Shown in pieces: positions 26,133-35,624 of a DNA stretch of 64,000 bases. The notes under the pieces are model-generated. The model did no database searches. It worked only from the letters and a program-made list of their open reading frames with translations, and had not been told where the DNA came from. Position 1 is the first letter of the stretch, and each line of letters starts with the position of its first letter. This DNA comes from Candidatus Onthoplasma sp. (GTDB lineage: Bacteria; Bacillota; Clostridia; Christensenellales; UBA1242): positions 36,498 to 100,497 of the forward strand of contig JBGVOQ010000006.1 in assembly GCA_045126575.1 (NCBI GenBank). Direction: 5' to 3'. The translations under genes and the position numbers were made by a program.

Positions 26133-26585
26133 ATGATAAAAGAAGCAATTGTAGAAAATAGTAGTTCTATAACGAAATATAAAGTTAATTCAAGGCAAAA
26201 GGTTAGAAATATTTTAGTGGATTGTAACTATTTTGAAAATAAAGGTAATATTAGTTTTTTAGTAACAATTAAATTGTTTGGGAAGCATCCATATAAACCT
26301 ATTTATCACTTTGAAATGTATGGCAATACACAAAACCCTAAATATAATCATATTAGTAGACATACTAAGGATTATGATGCAATTCCTTTAGCTGAAGGCT
26401 TTGAAGGTTATGACACTTTTGAAAGAGTGTTGGCTATAATTAATAGTGAATTTGATACATATACAACAAATTTTATCTCATGTGCTAAAAACTTGATAGA
26501 TGGTAAAGGCACAATAACTAAAACTCCTCAGTTTATAAAAGATATAATAGACGAAGTTAGAGACGTTAGACTAAAAGGTGATTAA
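26133..26585 (+). CDS. Hypothetical protein
   Basis: ORF with a TTGACA..TGATATAAT promoter and a gggag SD; no recognisable motifs. Confidence 0.5.
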   Translation: MIKEAIVENSSSITKYKVNSRQKVRNILVDCNYFENKGNISFLVTIKLFGKHPYKPIYHFEMYGNTQNPKYNHISRHTKDYDAIPLAEGFEGYDTFERVLAIINSEFDTYTTNFISCAKNLIDGKGTITKTPQFIKDIIDEVRDVRLKGD

Positions 26586-26673
26586 TACTAAATAGTCACT
26601 TTTTTTTTAATAGGGGTATTGACAAATGGTCTATTTATGATATAATTGCCATAGATACAGGTAGAGGAAATTT

Positions 26674-27168
26674 ATGGAACAATATATTATTAATCTATTT
26701 ACCAATATGAGTTTATTAACTGCAATACTTTTAGGTGTGGGTATTTTGTTATGTATTGTCGAAGTTTTTGTACCTCAAATTGGCTTAACTGGTATATTAG
26801 GTTGCTCATTGATAGTTGTGGGATTTACTTCATATTATATTGATGGATTTAAGTTTAAGCAAATTATTACATTACTTTCGCTAATTGCATTTGTTGTAGC
26901 GTTGTTTATTATGGTCGAATTGATATTGGAAAGTAAGGGCATTATCAAAAATCCTCATAGGCATAAATTTCGTACAATAAGTTTACTGCATTCGATGGAT
27001 TCGCTTGTTGGTAAGGTTGGGACTTCATACACCAATATTGACAAGGGCGGCACTATTGATATTGATGGTAAGTTGTATTATGCGGTAAGTGATAATTACA
27101 TACCGCAAGGTAGTCAAGTTACGGTATCAAGGGTTGATAACAATTGCTTGGTTGTGGTTAAAAAGTAA
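26674..27168 (+). CDS. NfeD-family membrane protein (YqeZ-like)
   Basis: N-terminal TM segments plus a C-terminal OB-like segment (GTIDIDGKLYYAVSD..GSQVTVSRV); directly upstream of floA. Confidence 0.75.
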   Translation: MEQYIINLFTNMSLLTAILLGVGILLCIVEVFVPQIGLTGILGCSLIVVGFTSYYIDGFKFKQIITLLSLIAFVVALFIMVELILESKGIIKNPHRHKFRTISLLHSMDSLVGKVGTSYTNIDKGGTIDIDGKLYYAVSDNYIPQGSQVTVSRVDNNCLVVVKK

Positions 27169-27194
27169 ATTAAAAGTACAAAAGGAGAAATAAG

Positions 27195-28226
27195 ATGAAC
27201 AATATTTTAGGTTTATCGGTAGGTGGCTGGATTTTAATAGCAGTCGCTGCAGTATTGCTTATTGCATTAGTGGTTGTTATGATTATTTTAGTGCCAATGC
27301 ATACATGGTTTAGGGCGCTTGTGTCAGGTGCGCACATTAGCATGATTAGGCTTGTTGGTATGAAACTTAGAAAGGTGGATTATCGCAAAATTGTAGATTT
27401 ATACATCTTGGCTCGTAAGGCTGGATTAAAGATTTATGATAGTGAAATTGAAACCCATATGATGGCTGGCGGAAGTGTTGAAAAGGTTATTGACGCTTTA
27501 ATTGCTGCTCATAGTGCCAAGCTTAATTTAACTATCGAGGAGGCTATGGCAATTGACCTTGCCGGACGTGATGTTGTGCTGGCGGTACAAACAAGTGTTA
27601 AGCCTAGGGTTATCAAAACTGACCGCATATCTGCTATAGCAAAGGACGGTATTGAGGTAAAGGTTGTGGCACAGGTTACTATCAAAGCCAAGTTGGACCG
27701 TATTATTGGTGGTGCTGATGAGGAAACTATTTTGGCACGTGTGGGCGAAAGTGTGGTTGCAAGCGTAGGTCAAGGCCCAACTCACTCTGCAATTATGGCT
27801 AATCCTTCAATCCTTTCCAAGAGTATTAATCCTCGTGAGATTGATAAAGGCACGGCATTTGAAATTATGTCAATTGATATTAGCGATATTGATGTAGGTG
27901 AAAATATTGGCTCTAAACTTCGTATTGATGAAGCCGAGGCTAAAAAACGTATTTCACAGGCAGCGGCTGAGGAGCGTAAGGCTCAAGCAATTGCTCACGA
28001 GCAAGAAATGAAGGCTAAAACTCAGGAAATGAAAGCGGTTGTTCTTGCGGCTGAATCTAAAGTGCACGAAGCTATGGCTGAAGCACTTAAAAAAGGCAAA
28101 GTTGGTGTAATGGATTACTACAAAATGCAAAATGTGCAAGCGGATACAAATATGCGTAACTCATTTAGCAACAATAAGGAAAATAAGCCAGAACGCCCAG
28201 ACCGTCACGGCGGCGGAATGGTGTAG
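27195..28226 (+). CDS. floA: Flotillin-like protein FloA (SPFH domain, YqfA/UPF0365)
   Basis: TWFRALVSGAHISMIRLVGMKLRKV, SPFH core, Ala/Glu-rich C-terminal coiled coil. Confidence 0.9.
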   Translation: MNNILGLSVGGWILIAVAAVLLIALVVVMIILVPMHTWFRALVSGAHISMIRLVGMKLRKVDYRKIVDLYILARKAGLKIYDSEIETHMMAGGSVEKVIDALIAAHSAKLNLTIEEAMAIDLAGRDVVLAVQTSVKPRVIKTDRISAIAKDGIEVKVVAQVTIKAKLDRIIGGADEETILARVGESVVASVGQGPTHSAIMANPSILSKSINPREIDKGTAFEIMSIDISDIDVGENIGSKLRIDEAEAKKRISQAAAEERKAQAIAHEQEMKAKTQEMKAVVLAAESKVHEAMAEALKKGKVGVMDYYKMQNVQADTNMRNSFSNNKENKPERPDRHGGGMV

Positions 28227-28234
28227 GTTAGCCT

Positions 28235-28732
28235 ATGATTAAATGGATTATCATAGCGGCAGTTGTAATAATTGTAACTGTATTTGTAATACGCATAATC
28301 AAGGTAATGTTAAAGGCCGAAAAGGATAGCAATAAACCGCAATCTCAGCCAGAGGAAGGTGAAGTTTACAAGGAGTTTAATGCAAAGGACACCTCAATTA
28401 GCACTGGCTCGGGTACAAATAATGTTGTTACGGATATGTCAAATCATCAAAAAGATGAATTTGGCAGCGCTTTCTATGATGATGTAGATAGTGAGTTTAA
28501 CGATTATCGCCGCCATGCTAGAAAGCCTAGCGACAACAATTCATTTCCTGACGGATTTGATTTTGAGGGCGACCGCTCAGATGAATATATCCCAGACTCG
28601 CCAGAATTTAGTTATATTCCTCGTAGGCAACCTTCTAAGAAAAAGCCTATCAAAAAGGAATTAAACGAAATGTCTACCGAAATGAAAGTGCTTATGTTAA
28701 GCGACATATTTGACAAGAAATTTTTTGATTAG
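28235..28732 (+). CDS. Hypothetical N-terminally anchored acidic protein
   Basis: Single N-terminal TM and an acidic, disordered-looking remainder; occupies the position of yqfB. Confidence 0.5.
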   Translation: MIKWIIIAAVVIIVTVFVIRIIKVMLKAEKDSNKPQSQPEEGEVYKEFNAKDTSISTGSGTNNVVTDMSNHQKDEFGSAFYDDVDSEFNDYRRHARKPSDNNSFPDGFDFEGDRSDEYIPDSPEFSYIPRRQPSKKKPIKKELNEMSTEMKVLMLSDIFDKKFFD

Positions 28733-28831
28733 TAGGAGAGATTAATAATACTCTTAACAATACTTTATAACAATATAAATACTAAACTTTAAGTTTGGTA
28801 TTTTTTTTGCCTATATTTAATATATTTAAGT

Positions 28832-29089
28832 ATGTTATTAGATGAATTAGATACTTATGTAAGCAAGGAATTAGGTGTAACATTAAAGGAATACCGGTAT
28901 ACAAATATTGGTGGCAAAATGATATATCTTGAAGGTCAGCGAGGCATAGCAACATTAACTAAAGATGAAGTTAGTTTTAAGTTAAAAACTAAAACATTTA
29001 CTATTAAGGGTACAGACCTTTTTATAAAATATTACGATAACAACACAGCATTGGTGTATGGTAGTATTGTTAGTGTGGTGGTGCTATGA
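28832..29089 (+). CDS. yqfC: Sporulation protein YqfC (YabP/YqfC family)
   Basis: 85 aa; IGGKMIYLEGQRGI..FTIKGTDLFIKYY; ATGA overlap with yqfD. Confidence 0.7.
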   Translation: MLLDELDTYVSKELGVTLKEYRYTNIGGKMIYLEGQRGIATLTKDEVSFKLKTKTFTIKGTDLFIKYYDNNTALVYGSIVSVVVL

Positions 29090-30189
29090 AACCAATGGTT
29101 AAAGTGCGGGTTACTGGATACAATCTTGACCAACTAATAAGCAGAATACATAGCAAAAATATAACGATTTATGACATTGAAAAGCCAAAAGCCAATGTTA
29201 TGTTTTTTAATGTAAAATTTAGCCAGTATAAAAATCTGAAACCGCTGCTTGTAAACTATGAATACAACATCAGATATTTAGGTTTTGCAAATTTTAAAAC
29301 TTGGCTTAAGTGCAATTTAGCAATATTGGTTGCCGTACCGTTTATTATTGTAGGTATGTGGTTTTCAACTCGCTTTACGTGGAATATTAAGATATATGGA
29401 GCCGAAAATACTTTAAACAATCAAATCATACAGATATTAGCCGACAACAATGTTAAAATTGGCGGGCGTTTGCCTGGTAACAACAAGTATATAGAGCAAA
29501 TATTGCTAGAACAGTTGCCTAATGTGGCACAAGTAAGTTGTATGACTCGTGGAACAACTATTGTTATTAATGTTAGCCCTAAACTTGTGTACACACCCGA
29601 AACATATGAGCCAATACGAGCAAATCTAAACGGTATTATAACTAATTTTTCACTAATATCAGGCACTATGGCGGTAAGTGTAGGCGATTTTGTAAACAAG
29701 GGCGATATATTAGTGTATCCGTTTGCGCTAGATAAGGACGGTAACCAAGTAGACGTTAAGCCTATAGCCGAGGTTAAAGCCAAGGCTTATGTGGTTGGCT
29801 CGGCAAAACTAAGTGGTTCAAGCACCGAATTAGTGCGTACAGGAAATCAGTATACAACATCTAGCATAACCCTGCTAAACAAAAATTTATTTTCAACAAA
29901 ATTGCCAAAACCATTTGATATTTACGAAACTAGCGTGTATAATGAGTATATAAGTAGCGTGTTGCCAGTTGTTAGAACAAAAACAACATTTTACGAGTTG
30001 GGGTATAGGGTTGTAAACTACGATCTGGTGGCGGAGCAATCTAGGATAGAGCAGGAAAGTAAGGACTTAGCATATCAAAATCTACCAACCAATAGCGAAA
30101 TTCTAGACGAAAAAACTACCAGCATAATAGTAAACGATACACTATATTCAACCACTACTTTAACAATATTTACAATTATTTCTAATTAG
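29086..30189 (+). CDS. yqfD: Sporulation protein YqfD
   Basis: VRVTGYNLDQLISRIHSKNITIYDI, central TM, size and synteny. Confidence 0.75.
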   Translation: MKPMVKVRVTGYNLDQLISRIHSKNITIYDIEKPKANVMFFNVKFSQYKNLKPLLVNYEYNIRYLGFANFKTWLKCNLAILVAVPFIIVGMWFSTRFTWNIKIYGAENTLNNQIIQILADNNVKIGGRLPGNNKYIEQILLEQLPNVAQVSCMTRGTTIVINVSPKLVYTPETYEPIRANLNGIITNFSLISGTMAVSVGDFVNKGDILVYPFALDKDGNQVDVKPIAEVKAKAYVVGSAKLSGSSTELVRTGNQYTTSSITLLNKNLFSTKLPKPFDIYETSVYNEYISSVLPVVRTKTTFYELGYRVVNYDLVAEQSRIEQESKDLAYQNLPTNSEILDEKTTSIIVNDTLYSTTTLTIFTIISN

Positions 30190-30228
30190 GGGTTAGGAAA
30201 TGATTGTTATAATCAGGAGAAGAAAATT

Positions 30229-30924
30229 ATGTTAGATTTACAAAAATACACAAAAATGTGTCAAATCGGAGACCATATCAAAGCATTGGAATCGATGGAT
30301 ATGGACAAATCCCCTAAAAGTTATGCTCAAATGTTAAAAAAATATCAACTACAATATGGTAAATTAAAACAAGAGTTGTTTGATGAACGTGATTTTGATT
30401 CAAATATAGATTTAAAGTTATATATTTCTGAATGTTTAAACATTTTAAACAAAAACATCATCGAGGGACAACCTAAATGGCAATATTATTTAGATGAAGT
30501 ATCTTACAAAAATACAGTTGTTCCGGATTTCTACGGAGACCACATACATCATCATTATATTTATCAAGTTGTATTCGTATGTGGAGATAAAGAAATTCCG
30601 TTTTGCACAGTAAACAGAAAACTAATTTATGGCGACAAGATGGGAACAATCAATTTCTTAACTGAAGCAATGCACGCACCATTTAGTTTAAGGCTAGATG
30701 ATGAATGTGATGAGTTTGATAGCCAAACTATTAAGGAGTTAAAAAAAGCACCTTTCAAGGTAGTGTACAAACAAAAACTTAATAAAGATCAAAAGGACAT
30801 GACATTAATTCAGCAACGAATTACTGAACTGCAAGTACAATACAACGATAAACATAGTGAATATTTAGATTGTCTTGAACAATTGGACAAACTAGACAAG
30901 GAAGGAATTTTTAATAAAAACTAA
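30229..30924 (+). CDS. Hypothetical protein, translationally coupled to ybeY
   Basis: 231-aa ORF; its stop overlaps the ybeY start (TAATG); no recognisable motifs. Confidence 0.55.
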   Translation: MLDLQKYTKMCQIGDHIKALESMDMDKSPKSYAQMLKKYQLQYGKLKQELFDERDFDSNIDLKLYISECLNILNKNIIEGQPKWQYYLDEVSYKNTVVPDFYGDHIHHHYIYQVVFVCGDKEIPFCTVNRKLIYGDKMGTINFLTEAMHAPFSLRLDDECDEFDSQTIKELKKAPFKVVYKQKLNKDQKDMTLIQQRITELQVQYNDKHSEYLDCLEQLDKLDKEGIFNKN

Positions 30925-31427
30925 TGGAGAACAATATGCTTAATGTTTATTCAAAAATACGCACATTTGATGATAGTATAATAAGTGATTTGGAAGAGGT
31001 TATTAAAACCACTTTTAAGGTGCTTAAGCAACCTACTAAAAATATAAAATACAATCTTTACGTGGTGTCTAAGGCTTTTATTCATGACCTTAATTTATCT
31101 ACACGTGGCGTAGATAGGGCAACTGATGTATTAAGTTATCCAACCACCGATATTGTGGCAGGCGAAGTGTTGGATTTGGATAAATATAAGTTTGATATTG
31201 ACCCTATGGATAATAGTTTATTGGTTGGTGAAATCTTTATTTGTAACGAAGTAGCCAAATCACAAGCAAAAAAATATAATCATAGTTATAGACGTGAATT
31301 TTGCTTTTTGTTCCTACACGGAGTGCTACATTGCCTAGGCTATGACCATATAGACGAAAATGATAGAGTACTTATGGAGCAGGTACAAAAACAAATTTTA
31401 GATAAATGCAAAATTACACGTGACTAA
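30924..31427 (+). CDS. ybeY: rRNA maturation endoribonuclease YbeY
   Basis: HGVLHCLGYDH zinc motif. Confidence 0.9.
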   Translation: MENNMLNVYSKIRTFDDSIISDLEEVIKTTFKVLKQPTKNIKYNLYVVSKAFIHDLNLSTRGVDRATDVLSYPTTDIVAGEVLDLDKYKFDIDPMDNSLLVGEIFICNEVAKSQAKKYNHSYRREFCFLFLHGVLHCLGYDHIDENDRVLMEQVQKQILDKCKITRD

Positions 31428-31575
31428 TTTGATAAATAATTATATTAATCTATATAAATAAGCAAATTAATTTATTTGCTGGCGGACAATCCGCCCGTGG
31501 CACGCGTAGTGCAAAATTTTCAAAATGCTTGCATTTTGAGTGACATTGTCACTAAAAATAAAGAAGGAAAAACAG

Positions 31576-32475
31576 ATGGAATTTAAATGCGGATATGTAA
31601 CAATAATAGGGAATACAAATGTTGGCAAAAGCACGCTAATCAATCGTATTGTTGGCGAAAAGGTGGCTATTGTGTCACCTAAGGCACAAACATCAAGGGA
31701 CAACACTATTGGCATATACAATGACGACAACAGTCAAATTATATTTATAGATACACCTGGTTATCACAAAACCGAGCATAAACTAGATGAGTATATGCAG
31801 GAAAATATTGACAATGCAATCAATAGTGATGTAAACGTGCTTATATATGTAATTGATGGTAAGAAGCCACTTGTGGAGCAATATGAAAAATTAGCCAATA
31901 AGGGTGATAAGCGTAGTAAAAAGATATTGGTTATCAATAAGATTGATGACACAACTTTTGAACGTTTATACCCACAACTTGCTCGCCTTAATGAAATTGC
32001 CAAGGTTGATGAAATTTTACCACTTTCAGCGCTTAAAGGCAAAAATGTGGACGTTCTTATTGATATGATTAAAAAATATCTTCCAACCTTTGATTACGAA
32101 ATGCGATATTATCCAGTAGAGCAATTTACTGACAAAAATGTTCGATTTTTGTCGGCTGAAATCATTAGGGAGAAAGTTCTGCTATTATATAATGAGGAGA
32201 TACCTCACGGTGTAGCGGTGCAGATTACCAAGTTTGATGAAAGTGAAGACGTAATCAAAATTAGTGCCGATATCTATTGTGAAAAGGATTCACACAAAAT
32301 GATTTTGATAGGCAAAAATGGTGAGGCTATTAAAAAGTTATCAACCATATCACGTATAGCAATCGAAAAGATGTTGGATGCTAAAGTTTACCTAGATTTA
32401 TTTATAAAGGTTAAGCCTAATTGGCGTGTAGACCACTTGATGCTAGATGAATTTGGTTATAGCAATAAGGATTAG
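31576..32475 (+). CDS. era: GTPase Era
   Basis: GNTNVGKSTL, DTPG, NKID, C-terminal KH domain; start set at the ATG after gaagga. Confidence 0.95.
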   Translation: MEFKCGYVTIIGNTNVGKSTLINRIVGEKVAIVSPKAQTSRDNTIGIYNDDNSQIIFIDTPGYHKTEHKLDEYMQENIDNAINSDVNVLIYVIDGKKPLVEQYEKLANKGDKRSKKILVINKIDDTTFERLYPQLARLNEIAKVDEILPLSALKGKNVDVLIDMIKKYLPTFDYEMRYYPVEQFTDKNVRFLSAEIIREKVLLLYNEEIPHGVAVQITKFDESEDVIKISADIYCEKDSHKMILIGKNGEAIKKLSTISRIAIEKMLDAKVYLDLFIKVKPNWRVDHLMLDEFGYSNKD

Positions 32476-32594
32476 TTTTTGGTTAAACCAAATTATGAGT
32501 AATGCCTGCAAGGTGAATAATTGATGGTAAATTGAACTGTATTGATGCATATATTGATTGTAAAATCATATACTAAAATAGGAGGGATAATAAT

Positions 32595-32813
32595 ATGGAT
32601 AAAGTTAAAGGGATATATGAGTTAGAACATTTGGCGCTTGTAAGTGCTATAACAGATTTAAGCCCATATCGTGAAGGTAGGTCTACTTTGCGTGAACGTT
32701 ATTTCCCTATTAGAGCATTAAGCAGGGCTGTCCACGAATTGGTGGATACCTATGGTCAGGATTATATTTCTGACGAAGAATTTTTTGGTGATGATGAGGA
32801 ATTTGTTCGTTAA
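32595..32813 (+). CDS. Hypothetical small acidic protein between era and recO
   Basis: ORF with a ggaggg SD; no motifs recognised. Confidence 0.4.
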   Translation: MDKVKGIYELEHLALVSAITDLSPYREGRSTLRERYFPIRALSRAVHELVDTYGQDYISDEEFFGDDEEFVR

Positions 32814-32823
32814 ATAGTAAATT

Positions 32824-33480
32824 ATGGATACAAAGGTTAAAGGAATTATTCTAAGCACTAATGATTATTTAGAGGCGGATAAAATCGCCTCCATTTTTTC
32901 ATACGAGCAGGGTGTGATTAGTGCTAAGTTTGTAGGTGTTAAAAAGGAGAAGGCCAAACTAAAGGCCTTGGCGCAGCCATTTACATTGGCAGAGTTTGAA
33001 CTAATTAGCAAAAAGGACTTTAATACAGTTAAACAAGGGGTTGTAATTGATAATTTCCCTAAAATAGTTAGCGATTACAATAAAACAATATGTGCATTTA
33101 TATTGGTAGACATACTTAAAAGCATTTTACCAAGACATAAAGCAGAGCCCGACATATTTTTACTTAGTGTAAATGCGCTAAAAAAGATTGAGGAGGAAGA
33201 TGCCGAGCAATCACTAATTGAATTTATAATAGCTATTATAGATGAGATGGGTGAAGGGCTTAATTTGTTTGATACAGAGGGTAGAGTATATTTAGATAAA
33301 ATGGTGGCGGACTTTACACCAAAACCTACGGTAAATAGTGTGGAGATTGATAAAAAAGTATATAAGGCACTTACCGTTCCATCCAACAATAGCGCAACAA
33401 AAAAAACGTGCTTAAAATTATTAAACACAATACTTCTACTTAAATATGATGTAGAACTTAAATCGTTTAGTTTTCTATAA
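32824..33480 (+). CDS. recO: DNA repair protein RecO
   Basis: N-terminal OB pattern KGIILSTNDYLEADKI..FSYEQG; synteny after era. Confidence 0.8.
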   Translation: MDTKVKGIILSTNDYLEADKIASIFSYEQGVISAKFVGVKKEKAKLKALAQPFTLAEFELISKKDFNTVKQGVVIDNFPKIVSDYNKTICAFILVDILKSILPRHKAEPDIFLLSVNALKKIEEEDAEQSLIEFIIAIIDEMGEGLNLFDTEGRVYLDKMVADFTPKPTVNSVEIDKKVYKALTVPSNNSATKKTCLKLLNTILLLKYDVELKSFSFL

Positions 33481-33558
33481 AAAAGATATAGCATGGAGGT
33501 GCTATATCTTTTTTATGTGTTTTAATATGATTTTATAAACTATACAGTAACTGTATCT

Positions 33559-33933
33559 CTATTTAACGTGTTTATCTTTAAAACAGTCTTTGCAAACTTC
33601 TTGATAATGTTCGCTTGATGGCTTTTCTTCGTGTATAGAAAATTTGCTATTAGAGATTATGCTTTTTCCACAATTAAAGTCAAATTTTACTGAGTCTAAG
33701 CCCACAGCAAATCTTGAATATCCATCTTTTAAATAGCGTACATCACCTTCATGCAGAGTGTATCTACCTAGTTCTTCGTCGTAAACGCAGATATAGACGT
33801 CTTCTTTAGTTGTTGAAACGTACATTCCAGGAGCAACCTTATTTGCTTCATTATATGCACAGTATCCAACTATGCCAGCTAGACATACAGTTCCCATAAT
33901 TAGATCAAAAATTAATGATGATTTACTTGACAT
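33559..33933 (-). CDS. Small N-terminally anchored protein with CG...CxxCF Cys motif (paralog of 33957-34289)
   Basis: FDFNCGKS ... YQEVCKDCF; aggagg SD; 23 nt downstream of its paralog. Confidence 0.6.
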   Translation of the reverse strand: MSSKSSLIFDLIMGTVCLAGIVGYCAYNEANKVAPGMYVSTTKEDVYICVYDEELGRYTLHEGDVRYLKDGYSRFAVGLDSVKFDFNCGKSIISNSKFSIHEEKPSSEHYQEVCKDCFKDKHVK

Positions 33934-33956
33934 AAATATTTACCTCCTTACCTAAT

Positions 33957-34289
33957 TTATTTTGATAACCTTTCAATTTCTTCTTCTGAAAAACATCCAG
34001 TACACACTTCGTCATAATATTTTTTGTCAATATCGTTGAGTGAGGTTATAACATCGCCGTTTATCTTTAATGTTTCTCCACATCCAAATTCATAGTAACT
34101 AAAGTTTGAAGCGCGTGCACCTTCGTTGCAGTATGTAAGTTTGTGTAGAGTTGCGTTGTCGTTAAAATCTACAACCGCACGAAGATATCTGTCTGTGTTT
34201 TCTGTAGTTTGGTTTTCACATCCAGTTAAAGCTGGGGTTGACATAACCATTGCAGCCAAACACATAGAAGCAATTAATCTTTTATTCAT
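33957..34289 (-). CDS. Small lipoprotein with CG...CxxCF Cys motif
   Basis: Lipobox LTGC after a signal peptide; YEFGCGET ... YDEVCTGCF; start set at MNKR (ggagg 8 nt upstream). Confidence 0.6.
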   Translation of the reverse strand: MNKRLIASMCLAAMVMSTPALTGCENQTTENTDRYLRAVVDFNDNATLHKLTYCNEGARASNFSYYEFGCGETLKINGDVITSLNDIDKKYYDEVCTGCFSEEEIERLSK

Positions 34290-34329
34290 AAAAAATACCT
34301 CCATTAAATGAAGGTCAAGTAAAAGAATT

Positions 34330-34363
34330 AAAAAACAAGACCTTCATGATTTAGAAAGTCTTG
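34330..34363 (-). terminator. Riboswitch expression-platform terminator
   Basis: Minus-strand RNA reads CAAGACUUU-loop-AAGGUCUUG + U6. Its 5' arm is the conserved 3' half of the aptamer. Confidence 0.6.
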
Positions 34364-34443
34364 TTATGTAAACATATTTACACTGCATAAAGCGGACTAT
34401 TCGTCGGTTGTCGCCTATGCACAATTAGGAACTACTCCCTTTC
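34354..34443 (-). promoter_or_regulatory. yybP-ykoY-like Mn2+ riboswitch aptamer
   Basis: Minus-strand RNA reads GAAAG-GGAGUAG...(two hairpins)...UUUACAUAACAAGAC-UUUC. This compares with the L. lactis aptamer AAAGGGGAGUAG...GUAUGUUUAGCAAGACCUUUCC as I recall it. Matched by eye only. Confidence 0.7.
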
Positions 34444-34452
34444 TATACTCAT

Positions 34453-34481
34453 ATGATAGCACATATAGTTTGGCTTGTCAA
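34453..34481 (-). promoter_or_regulatory. Sigma-A promoter TTGACA-17-TATCAT driving the riboswitch operon
   Basis: Read on the minus strand, about 10 nt upstream of the aptamer. Confidence 0.55.
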
Positions 34482-34507
34482 TATATTCTTTAAAATTTTT
34501 TATTTTT

Positions 34508-35017
34508 CTACAAAGTGTAGTCATCTTCCTTATCTAAATCATCAAAGGTTGATATTAGCATTTGAGCCCCGGTTGCCAAACCTGCCGAACCAAGCAGTAG
34601 TGCGATAATGGAAGGAGCGCCAACCCTTACAGAATCTTCATGAATATCTTCCTTAATTTCATCAATGGCGCTAGTTTCCTTGAAGTATTCCTGTTTAACC
34701 TCAGGCCTTTTTGCATATTCAGATACAAATGAAGAAGTTTTGGTTAATTCAAATAATTTTTCATCATATTCGTTTGCTCCAATTTTGCCAGAGAAGAAAT
34801 CTTGTTGCAATTGATTGAGTCGCGTTTGATATGCCATACAATAATCAGGGTCTTTTTTAAGCAAATTGTAAAGTTGAGATTGCTTTATTTCCAATTGTTT
34901 ATTTAAATCAGTTTGCCTATCAGTGCATCTTAATGCCATTGCTACAGATGCAATGGTTATGGATATGGATACAGCAATTACCATAGATGCTATTATGCGT
35001 TTCATTGGTTTTTCCAT
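34508..35017 (-). CDS. Hypothetical membrane protein (N- and C-terminal TM, coiled middle)
   Basis: ORF with an aggggg SD. Confidence 0.5.
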   Translation of the reverse strand: MEKPMKRIIASMVIAVSISITIASVAMALRCTDRQTDLNKQLEIKQSQLYNLLKKDPDYCMAYQTRLNQLQQDFFSGKIGANEYDEKLFELTKTSSFVSEYAKRPEVKQEYFKETSAIDEIKEDIHEDSVRVGAPSIIALLLGSAGLATGAQMLISTFDDLDKEDDYTL

Positions 35018-35143
35018 AGGTATGCCCCCTTAAAAGTGATTGAATGATAACACATAAAAAAATATATGTCAACGATATACAAGAAGTTTTTAAAAAAAAA
35101 TAAAAGTAGCATAAATTATAAAAATTTTAATATATAATAACAA

Positions 35144-35461
35144 ATGGAAACAACATTTTTGGAGTTAAAATGTAAGCAAGTTATCAATGTGGTTGACGGC
35201 AAAACTCTGGGCAGGATTGTTGATATTGTGGTTGATATAAAAACTTGCAAAGTGCTAGGATTAATTGTGCCAAGTCCTAGCAGTGGTTGGTTATCGTGTT
35301 TTAAAAGCGGTAAGGAAATTTTCATTCCATTTGATTGTATTTGCAAGATTGGTGTAGATGTAATACTGGTTGAATTATATATCAACAACAATCATGCAAA
35401 ACCTCCGCCAGATGAACCCAAGCCAAAGCCGTGTAATCCACATTCTTGCGATAAGAAATAG
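35144..35461 (+). CDS. PRC-barrel protein, YlmC/YmxH family (sporulation-associated)
   Basis: ELKCKQVINVVDGKTLGRIVDIVVD..CKVLGLIVP. Confidence 0.8.
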   Translation: METTFLELKCKQVINVVDGKTLGRIVDIVVDIKTCKVLGLIVPSPSSGWLSCFKSGKEIFIPFDCICKIGVDVILVELYINNNHAKPPPDEPKPKPCNPHSCDKK

Positions 35462-35624
35462 CAAACAATTATGTAACAAAAATTGTAAAACACAATAACT
35501 TGTGTTAAATTTTTTAATTTGTAGCACAAAATGTATAATTTATTTAAAAAGTTGTAATAATTTGGTTGTGTTTTTTTATAAAATATGCAATAATTTAAAT
35601 ATATTAAATTTTAGGAGATAAATT

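Noticed and set aside
23225-26585. The cluster of beta-rich protein, HD protein, metallophosphoesterase and two orphan ORFs read as one functional system
   Set aside because: The genes have separate promoters and terminators and mixed orientations, and there is no operon structure or recognisable functional link.
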